This document shows, piece by piece, positions 49,585-57,429 of a DNA stretch of 64,000 nucleotides (positions are counted from its first letter, which is position 1; each line of letters starts with the position of its first letter). The position numbers and the translations under genes were made by a program. The stretch lies in assembly GCA_965215885.1 (NCBI GenBank), contig CBDCEW010000087.1, forward strand, positions 1 to 64,000, written 5' to 3'. The stretch comes from Candidatus Moanibacter sp. GTDB lineage: Bacteria; Verrucomicrobiota; Verrucomicrobiia; Opitutales; UBA2987. The notes below the pieces were generated by a model. It did not search any database. It saw only the letters and a list, made by a program, of their open reading frames with translations, and was not told the origin of the DNA.

Positions 49585-50772
49585 TTACGTGATCGAGTAC
49601 TTAGTCCTACAGTTTCCTTGCCAGTACTTCGGTTTGGCAAGCGTCTCCTGGTAAATTTCGAGGACACTTTGGGCAGCCCTCTTCCAAGAGAACATTTCCG
49701 CCTGCTTTCGGCCCGAATCTCTCAAGTTCGAGCGCAAATCACTCTCTTTCAACAAGCGGGCAAGCCCTCCATAGATACTATCGACTGAAAACGGATCTGC
49801 CAGGATCGCAGCATCTCCCGCTACCTCAGGTAGCGACGAAGTGTTGGAAGTAAGAACGGGAGCTCCGCAACTCATTGCCTCCAGGACCGGCAGTCCGAAA
49901 CCCTCGAACAAAGAGGGGTAGACGAAGGCAAAGCAATTCCGGAAAAGCCACGCCAGCTCGAGGTCATTGACATACCCCAATAACGTTACCTCTCGATCGA
50001 GGTCCTGCGAATGGATCTCTGATTCTAGATCCTCCATTAACCAACCCTTCCCTCCCGCAAATATGACCGGTAAAAGAAATCCAGTCTCTTTCTTCAGTCG
50101 GGCATAGGCCTCGATCAGCCGTAAATGATTCTTTCGTGGTTCAAGTGTGGCCACGGTAAGCCAAAACTTCTCGGCTTCCCAATCCTGCAGACTTTCTGGC
50201 TGTTCCAAGTCCTCCGAAACATGCATGCGGCAAGCCTCGTGCACGACCCCGATCCGCTCCTCAGGATAATGAGGAAAAGTCTCGAGGTAATGCTCGCGGG
50301 TATAATGGGACACAGCCACGATATAATCCGCGTAAATACTGGCATTGAAAACTCCATCAAAACAGCCAAACCGATTCTCTTCCGTCGTCCATTCCGGATA
50401 ATTTAGAAAACCCAAGTCGTGCAACGTGAATACAAGGCGACTGCGTTCCAAATTCCCGGGACAGAAAAAATTGTTGGAATGCACAATATCTGGATCACCC
50501 AACCGACTCTCGAATTCCGGATCAGACCCTCTCCAGTATTCCCGCGTTTCCCTTTGGCTTCCGCACCCGTTGAGGCGGGTCACATTCGGGTGCTCAATGC
50601 TGAAAGTGTGCGCCTCCCAGTCTGGATCCCAATAGAGATCACCGAAGGTAGGAAAGAGGACGAAATCGTGCTTTGAATCCAGCTCTATAAGACTTCGGAT
50701 CAGACAATCGGCATAGTATCCGCAGCCCGCCTTGTTGCTTCCGGATTGACTGACGTCAAAGCCGATCTTCAT
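49585..50772 (-). CDS. GT4 glycosyltransferase
   Basis: TLEPRKNH and PSLFEGFGLPVLEAMSCG motifs. Confidence 0.92.
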   Translation of the reverse strand: MKIGFDVSQSGSNKAGCGYYADCLIRSLIELDSKHDFVLFPTFGDLYWDPDWEAHTFSIEHPNVTRLNGCGSQRETREYWRGSDPEFESRLGDPDIVHSNNFFCPGNLERSRLVFTLHDLGFLNYPEWTTEENRFGCFDGVFNASIYADYIVAVSHYTREHYLETFPHYPEERIGVVHEACRMHVSEDLEQPESLQDWEAEKFWLTVATLEPRKNHLRLIEAYARLKKETGFLLPVIFAGGKGWLMEDLESEIHSQDLDREVTLLGYVNDLELAWLFRNCFAFVYPSLFEGFGLPVLEAMSCGAPVLTSNTSSLPEVAGDAAILADPFSVDSIYGGLARLLKESDLRSNLRDSGRKQAEMFSWKRAAQSVLEIYQETLAKPKYWQGNCRTKYSIT

Positions 50773-50863
50773 TGGTCAGATTTCTGGTGCGACGTTAACA
50801 TCAGTCACAAAGGACCCTAGTGCAGCCAGGCCGCAACCAAACGAGTCCGCTGAAAGAGGGGAA

Positions 50864-50964
50864 ACCACGGATTTCACGGATGGACACGGATTGGGAAGAG
50901 AGTGGATCATCCATCGCTTTACAAAATCCGAATCTTATCCGTGCCCATCAGTGTAATCCGTGGT
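50864..50964. repeat. 28-bp CACGGAT-triplet inverted pair, preceded by GCAGCCAGGCCGCAACCAAA
   Basis: 50864-50891 vs 50937-50964 (3 mismatches); overlaps the GT2 stop codon. Confidence 0.88.
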
Positions 50965-51922
50965 CTCTTTTCCTGTGTTCCTTTTGATTGCGGCTCGACC
51001 GCGCCTGGACATCCCTGGTTTGCATAACAACACGAGGGAAATCCCTCAGGCTCTTCCAGCTATTCGAAAGGGTCCAATGAAGAGTCTTTCGAAATACTTT
51101 ACGCGAAATGCCTTTATTCCAACGAAGCGAGGCATGGAGTGAAATAGCCGACACCGCTACCGCGTAGCGCCACTTATTTTCTCTCTTATAGCCCTTGGAG
51201 TCCACATAGGCATGGGCAAAACTAAACAGCCATGCCTCGGGCACGCGCCCGAGCTTTCGTAGCATCATGTTGTTTGTTTCGCTGTGTACTTTAGGAGGGT
51301 CTCTCAAAGTCTTGTTCTCCGGATAAAATCGCGAACCAGCCAGTATTTCAGGCAGGTAGTGAAAATCCTCTCCGCCTAACGAAAGGCGCAACCAGTATTC
51401 GTAGTCCATGCAAAAGTCGAGGTTCTCATCCAAATATCCATAGCTTTCCACCAAATTTCTACGAAAAAACACAGCGGGCTGGCAGAGAAAACAAACCTCT
51501 CTAAGTCGTTGCGGTTCCCACCCTTCAGTTCCGTATCGCTCGATAACTTCATCGTGCTCATCGATGTGGTTCGCGTCGCCATACACCAAGTTCGCCTCAG
51601 GATGAGCGGAAAAATAGTCCATGACCTCTCTAACTGCACCAGGATAGTAAATATCATCAGAATTCAACCACCCGATAATCTCTCCGGCGCTCTTCGCGAT
51701 GCCTTTGTTGACCGCGGCTGCCTGGCCATTATCCGCTTCCGATACCCAGCTCAACCTGGAATCAAATCGTTCCAGAATCTCGATGGTGTCGTCATCGCTT
51801 CCACCGTCAATCGTCCAATACTCAAGATTCGGTACTTCCTGATCCAGGACACTCCGAATCGTTCGTTCGATAAACCGCCCCTGATTCAAGGATGGTGTAA
51901 TGATGGAAATACTCTCGCCCAC
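50948..51922 (-). CDS. GT2 glycosyltransferase
   Basis: ISIITPSLNQG, IDGGSDD and WLNSDD motifs. Confidence 0.92.
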   Translation of the reverse strand: MGESISIITPSLNQGRFIERTIRSVLDQEVPNLEYWTIDGGSDDDTIEILERFDSRLSWVSEADNGQAAAVNKGIAKSAGEIIGWLNSDDIYYPGAVREVMDYFSAHPEANLVYGDANHIDEHDEVIERYGTEGWEPQRLREVCFLCQPAVFFRRNLVESYGYLDENLDFCMDYEYWLRLSLGGEDFHYLPEILAGSRFYPENKTLRDPPKVHSETNNMMLRKLGRVPEAWLFSFAHAYVDSKGYKRENKWRYAVAVSAISLHASLRWNKGISRKVFRKTLHWTLSNSWKSLRDFPRVVMQTRDVQARSSRNQKEHRKRDHGLH

Positions 51923-51927
51923 CCGCC

Positions 51928-53088
51928 TCAGTTCATTTGGAGCACACTGTCAAACGCTTCCGCGTACTCGCGACACATCCTCTTTGTGTCACTAAACAGC
52001 CTGGCCCGCTCATAGCCATTTTCAATGACCCTCTCCAGATTTTGGCCGCTCACTTCAACTTTTTCTATAGCCGCGGCCAAGTCCACCGGTTTCCTGGGAT
52101 CGAAATAGATCGCCGCATCGCCGCCGATCTCCGGCAGACTGGCAGCGTTACTGCAGACAACGGGCTTACCGAAACTCATCGCCTCGAGCACAGGCAGACC
52201 GAATCCCTCGTACAATGAAGGATAGACGACGGCGCGGCATCGCCGATACAATGCTGCCAGTTCCACCTCACTGACAAAACCGGTAAAATGCATTCTCTCT
52301 TTGAGACAAAACCTGTTTCGTGCCAGGATCAAATCATCCAGCCTTGAATCCGGCGCTCCCGTGCACACCACCACCAGGTCAGACCCAGGATTTTGGGAGC
52401 AGAACATACCGAAAGCCGTTAACAACATACGGTGATTCTTGTGCGGCCAGAAGTTTGCCGGATACAGGAGATACCGTCCCTTTTTTACCTTCAGCCCTTC
52501 CAAAGTTTTCGTCGTGTCATTCGAGTCTCCATTGTTCAGCCGGCACGATAGACAAATGGAAATCGTTCTGACTCGATCCGGCGGAATTCTGCCTGTCTCG
52601 ACAACCGACCTGCTGACATGTTTGGAATAGCAGACAATGACACTGGAATGCAGGCAGACACTTTCGAAATTTGCGATGCGTTCATTCAGATCATGCTCTT
52701 CGAAAAACTGGGGGTAGGAGTTGAATTGCATGTCGTGGACGACCGTTACCACAGGCAGCTTACACTCTGGAAACGATATGCCGGTAAATGGGCAGAACGT
52801 TATGTCGGCACGCAGCTCCGTGAACAGGTCTTTTCTCTTTCGAATTCCGATGCGGTGGAGCAATCCTCGCTTCGGACCCTCATCGACATTCACCACCCGC
52901 ACGTTGTCGGATTCTTCAGAGGTGAGTTCGCTGTGATTCCGCTCCGATGATAAAAGAAAAAAGGTGCACCGAGGCTCCAGCCTGCTCAATCCGCGAATGA
53001 GTTCGAGCGCGAACGGCTTTGCACCACCATTCGCACCGCCGGGAACCAGCGGCAACAGATCAACGATGACTCTCTTCCCCTTTAGCAT
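51928..53088 (-). CDS. GT4 glycosyltransferase
   Basis: PANFWPHKNH and PSLYEGFGLPVLEAM motifs. Confidence 0.92.
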   Translation of the reverse strand: MLKGKRVIVDLLPLVPGGANGGAKPFALELIRGLSRLEPRCTFFLLSSERNHSELTSEESDNVRVVNVDEGPKRGLLHRIGIRKRKDLFTELRADITFCPFTGISFPECKLPVVTVVHDMQFNSYPQFFEEHDLNERIANFESVCLHSSVIVCYSKHVSRSVVETGRIPPDRVRTISICLSCRLNNGDSNDTTKTLEGLKVKKGRYLLYPANFWPHKNHRMLLTAFGMFCSQNPGSDLVVVCTGAPDSRLDDLILARNRFCLKERMHFTGFVSEVELAALYRRCRAVVYPSLYEGFGLPVLEAMSFGKPVVCSNAASLPEIGGDAAIYFDPRKPVDLAAAIEKVEVSGQNLERVIENGYERARLFSDTKRMCREYAEAFDSVLQMN

Positions 53089-53169
53089 TCTGTCAGTTGC
53101 GTATCTGTTTAGCGTCCCGGCTGAAAAGATGCTCGTTCAAGCTCAGGAAGAGGTCAGCCGCCGAAATGC

Positions 53170-54018
53170 TTACATGACATCAGCAAATGCGGGCTTCAGT
53201 TTTTGAAAGACACCATAGCCCAGAAAGAAGAACAGGATCCCCACACCGTAGAGATAGAAGAGGTATGTAACATTCATTGGAATATTCCAAAGCAATACAT
53301 TTCGGCTGAGTTCGACAATGTGGATCATGGGATTATACTTCAGAAACTCCCAAATCTCCAACGGTATCATCGAAGCCGAATAGAACACCGCACTGGCGTA
53401 AAGGATTGCTGTCGTTGCGAACTGCATGATGTGGCTTATATCACGGAGAAAGACGCCAAGAGACGCCAACAACCACGTCAATCCCATTGTCAGGAATATG
53501 AGAGGGAGGAGTATGACTGGAAACCATAGATTATTGATATTTAACCCATTACCAAACAAAATCAAACCCAGGAAAAAAAGGCCGATACTGACCAGAAAAT
53601 GGAAGAGGGCAGCGCCTAAAGTTGCAACCGGGATTATTCGCAGGGGGAACACAACTTTTTTTACGAGATTCGGACTATTCACAATCACGATGGGCGCCAC
53701 CATCAGTGCCTCCGCCAGAAATTGGTACAAACTCAAGCTCAAAAATAATCCCAAAGCGAAGTCGACAGCGCTTTCTTCTTCAAGGATTCCATAGTTTCGC
53801 TCAAAAATCAGGCCGAAGACAAAATAGTAGAGACCCATCATTAAGAGCGGCGTAAAAACTGCCCAGAGCAGGCCCAGGTAACTCCCTTTATGCCGAATTT
53901 GAATATTGCGAACGGTGAACTGCCATAGCAGTCCGCGGTGGGTATAGAATTCGCGGACAATACGAATCGGATTCAATTCCGACCAGACCGTTATCTCTCG
54001 AGAAGCTATTGGAATCAT
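53170..54018 (-). CDS. wzm: ABC-2 polysaccharide export permease (Wzm/TagG-like)
   Basis: RHKGSYLGLLW, NLVKKVVFP, FLRDI, YNP and FADVM motifs; about 6 TM segments. Confidence 0.88.
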   Translation of the reverse strand: MIPIASREITVWSELNPIRIVREFYTHRGLLWQFTVRNIQIRHKGSYLGLLWAVFTPLLMMGLYYFVFGLIFERNYGILEEESAVDFALGLFLSLSLYQFLAEALMVAPIVIVNSPNLVKKVVFPLRIIPVATLGAALFHFLVSIGLFFLGLILFGNGLNINNLWFPVILLPLIFLTMGLTWLLASLGVFLRDISHIMQFATTAILYASAVFYSASMIPLEIWEFLKYNPMIHIVELSRNVLLWNIPMNVTYLFYLYGVGILFFFLGYGVFQKLKPAFADVM

Positions 54019-54070
54019 GACACTTGTGCAGGTTGAACTGGGATAGAATGGAGAGTTGGAGTGATGGAGG

Positions 54071-55795
54071 TCATTGGCTCACTCTAACTGAGTCTTCGCG
54101 TAGAATAGTATTCATTCTACTAATCAGAAACACACGAAAGGCCAACACGTTATGGCTTACACTTGGCAAATAGCCACTATCCAGAACCACATTCACCAGG
54201 AATCTCGGCACAAGTCTCTCTACAGAAGCCTCCAATGCAAGTAATCCTGATCTCACTGCCTTTGCCTGCCGGTCGATTTTCACACTACTCGATATGTAGT
54301 GCAGGAAGCCCGCAGGGAAAATTGACTTCGTTTGCTCCGAAGAGAGTTCTCCCTCCAGCAAGTTTACTACCTCCTCCTGCTTGAACACGTTCTTCCGCCG
54401 TGCGATTGCTTCATCAGTCGCAAAATCGACTCTTGGACTGAGATCAGTCACCACTTTCTTGTAGAGGGTCTTCTCAGTCCGTAAATCGTCCGGCAATCGC
54501 CTAACCTGTTGAAGTATCTTTCTGGACAACAGTGGATTCATCAGCTCCACGTAGGGAAGTTTCAGATCGGACAGAGAGGACAAGATGGTGGGCAATCGGA
54601 ATCCGTGATATAGCTTGTCACGCCACGCGGCCAGTGTCTCTCCTTCCCTCCGAAGTAAAATTCCCGGTAACTCCTGGGTCTTAAAGCCAAACTCCTCAAA
54701 TTTCTTCAAGTCCCTGAAGTCTGAACAAAGTGGACAACCAACACTGTGCCTTACGGATAAGGAAGATGAAACTCCAACCCAGCCAAATCCTTCGTCGCCC
54801 CTAATCACTCCTTCGACACCCTCTTCGAACAAAGTCTTCCAGATTCTGAATCCATCCATATAGCCCGACAAGTGGTCGATACGTCCCTCTCCTAATAGGA
54901 CAAACCTGTTGACTATCTCTTCTACAGGTTCTTCAGGCTCCTCCGTAAGATAGTACTTGTGGGAGACCCTGAGTCTGTTCGCGAGCTCCCTCGCAACATA
55001 GGCATCATTTCGCTTTTGGTGTAAGGAAGCTTCCAAGCCCCAGGTGATTGTTCTCAGTCCTTCACTGCCATTGCTGGTATTGTGCAGTAGACAAAGTATT
55101 CCCCTGCTGTCATAGCCTCCAGACAAGGGCAAGACCCAGCTGGATAAGTCCAAATTGAGTGACTCAAATGTGTCTTCAATCGCTTCCCTCAGCAGTTCTT
55201 CATGCTGACTTTTCGACTCCTCTAACAATGCGAAATCCACCGGATTCGACTTGGTAGAGATAGACCACTCCTTCTTTTTGAGTATTACCGCTGAGTCAGG
55301 CGGCACTCGCTCTATTCTCTTATCCCAAGAGAGCTGTGGGCCCAGAGAACCTGTTGAAAGCATCCATGGAATAATCCTCTCATCAAATTCGAAACTACCA
55401 ATATACATGGTAATCGCCCTTTGTGAGGTGGAAGCTATGAAAAGTTCGCGATCCAAATAGTACCAGATTGCTCTCGAACCAACAGGATCACTCACTATTT
55501 CGAAGCAGTGCTCCGCGTCTCGGAACAGGGCAAATGAACCATCTAATAAGCCGTGGGTCGACTCCCACCAATTGGCCTCTTCTTCGAAAAGTTTACCGAT
55601 CAATACACTATTGCCCCTCTCCAGCATCGATCCTGCCGGGTTCATCACTCCATAGGCAGTCTTCTCGTCTACAACAATCTTTGGCGGATTTGGAGCAATG
55701 TTGTCTGGCGCAAGATTTCTGCAGATCTCCTCTAATCGTTCTGCAACTGATACAGCAAGCCTGTCCCTGGCACAGACATAGATCACTTTCGACAT
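54071..55795 (-). CDS. Asparagine synthase-related amidoligase
   Basis: LDGSFAL…SDPVGSR (Ntn-like domain), PP-loop LPLSGGYDSRG and RGDEGFG. Confidence 0.75.
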   Translation of the reverse strand: MSKVIYVCARDRLAVSVAERLEEICRNLAPDNIAPNPPKIVVDEKTAYGVMNPAGSMLERGNSVLIGKLFEEEANWWESTHGLLDGSFALFRDAEHCFEIVSDPVGSRAIWYYLDRELFIASTSQRAITMYIGSFEFDERIIPWMLSTGSLGPQLSWDKRIERVPPDSAVILKKKEWSISTKSNPVDFALLEESKSQHEELLREAIEDTFESLNLDLSSWVLPLSGGYDSRGILCLLHNTSNGSEGLRTITWGLEASLHQKRNDAYVARELANRLRVSHKYYLTEEPEEPVEEIVNRFVLLGEGRIDHLSGYMDGFRIWKTLFEEGVEGVIRGDEGFGWVGVSSSLSVRHSVGCPLCSDFRDLKKFEEFGFKTQELPGILLRREGETLAAWRDKLYHGFRLPTILSSLSDLKLPYVELMNPLLSRKILQQVRRLPDDLRTEKTLYKKVVTDLSPRVDFATDEAIARRKNVFKQEEVVNLLEGELSSEQTKSIFPAGFLHYISSSVKIDRQAKAVRSGLLALEASVERLVPRFLVNVVLDSGYLPSVSHNVLAFRVFLISRMNTILREDSVRVSQ

Positions 55796-55820
55796 TGGAG
55801 TTCTCCCTGGCCCGCTTTTC

Positions 55821-56561
55821 TCACCGCGACACCATTGTCCGTTTCCGATCTAAAGCGTTCAAGCCTGCCTTCATGCCCTGGCAATACTTGCTCACACGTA
55901 TACCCATCGGCTCACTACGGCTCAAAAGAAGCCTCAACCAATTCGGTATACGCTCATTCACCTTGATTTCCATAATAACCGAATCCTGTGCCAGAACAGG
56001 CCGGTTCTTCGTTAACAGACTCAAGTCAAAGTTGTGGGTGCGATACGCGAGGAGGTGATCGAATGTTACTCTGACCCCGGGTTCAAAACGGCCTCCCACA
56101 AAAGGTTCACGCTGGTAGGAAATAATACACTTGGGCGTTAATGACAATGCCCTCACCATATAACGCACTTCCGAAGCGGTATTGCGGTCAGTTACATCCA
56201 TCCCCTCAAGCGAGATCTCCGATCCCCTACAGAGTTTCTCCGCCTCCGCGAAGTCGAGCCACATTCTTCGCTTCTGCACTGTTCGGTCGACGCGCTGCTT
56301 TATTTCGACGAAAACTCGTGAGAGATCAGAGCGGTCATAGGTTCGAATACGCAGCTTCCTGCGGTATTTTACTCCGTCCAGTTTACTTCGAAAACAAGCC
56401 AGATCCGAACTGTCGAAATAGAGACTCGATATATAGTAGCGACCGCGGTCGGACGCATGGGGATCGCGCAACATCCTTTTCAGAATCTGATCGCGCATAC
56501 CCTCGTACTCTCGATAGCGGAGGAGGAATTTCAGCTCATACCGATTAAACTTTCGAATCAT
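55821..56561 (-). CDS. VTC (polyphosphate polymerase) domain protein, CYTH-like
   Basis: RYELKF, ISSLYFD, RRKLRIRTY, VEIK, RVTFD, MEIK and SKYC motifs. Confidence 0.9.
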   Translation of the reverse strand: MIRKFNRYELKFLLRYREYEGMRDQILKRMLRDPHASDRGRYYISSLYFDSSDLACFRSKLDGVKYRRKLRIRTYDRSDLSRVFVEIKQRVDRTVQKRRMWLDFAEAEKLCRGSEISLEGMDVTDRNTASEVRYMVRALSLTPKCIISYQREPFVGGRFEPGVRVTFDHLLAYRTHNFDLSLLTKNRPVLAQDSVIMEIKVNERIPNWLRLLLSRSEPMGIRVSKYCQGMKAGLNALDRKRTMVSR

Positions 56562-57403
56562 AGCAGGATTATCCGAACTCCGAGAATACGGGCATCCTCA
56601 GCTGAAGGCGTCCAACCTTTGGCGGCCTGAATCCTAACCATCCTAACCTCACCAGGCCCGGTTTCTTCAAGCCGATGTTCAAACGTCGTTGTCTCATTTT
56701 CACGGAATGTATACGCAGTCTCTGCTTCTCCGTCCCTCACCGTGACATCTATGGGAAGTTCCAAATTCGGCGCGTGACAGGCAAGCAGAACACGATGGGA
56801 AACAGGCGCCGAATCACCATTACTTACCACGAGAAAACCCGCCTCGGTTCCCCTTGTCCATCCATCCCGGGTTGTCCCAAAGATCTGTATGTCAGTATTC
56901 TGTTGTGACGAATGAACCTCGTCCTCAGTCTCCTGAAGAATCCCGACCAAAAGGCCAAAAAAAGAATCTGAAGGATCATTGTATACACCCTCCGCCACAG
57001 CCATGAGAGTCTCGTGCTCACGATTGCCCTCCTCAATGAGTTTCTTAGCCAACGCAGTCGCCTCCTCCGTCTTTCCGAGGAATCGAATCAATCGCAGACT
57101 TCTCCCGGAATCAATGAATTCGGCCGGAATTCCCTCTAGCAGTACCTTTATCCGATCGGCCCGCTCTCTAACTCCCAACGCTAGCCAGATATTCAATGCC
57201 TCGATTAGCCAGTCTGCCCGCTTCTGGAGTGAGGTGGTGCGTCCCGCGATGTGTTCCAGATAAAGCGCGTACTTATCTCGATTTAGACCGATACTCTCCT
57301 TCGATTCGTACCAAGGTGGAGTAAGGACCCAGCGGATAAGAATGATGCTGAGCGCACCGATCGTGAGAAGGTAAACGAAACCAAGACTGGGCTTCACCTT
57401 CAT
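56558..57403 (-). CDS. Hypothetical membrane-anchored protein
   Basis: N-terminal hydrophobic segment; 4-bp overlap with the VTC gene; C-terminal DARILGV. Confidence 0.65.
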   Translation of the reverse strand: MKVKPSLGFVYLLTIGALSIILIRWVLTPPWYESKESIGLNRDKYALYLEHIAGRTTSLQKRADWLIEALNIWLALGVRERADRIKVLLEGIPAEFIDSGRSLRLIRFLGKTEEATALAKKLIEEGNREHETLMAVAEGVYNDPSDSFFGLLVGILQETEDEVHSSQQNTDIQIFGTTRDGWTRGTEAGFLVVSNGDSAPVSHRVLLACHAPNLELPIDVTVRDGEAETAYTFRENETTTFEHRLEETGPGEVRMVRIQAAKGWTPSAEDARILGVRIILL

Positions 57404-57429
57404 CGTTCTATCGGTATCGAAAACTCAAG

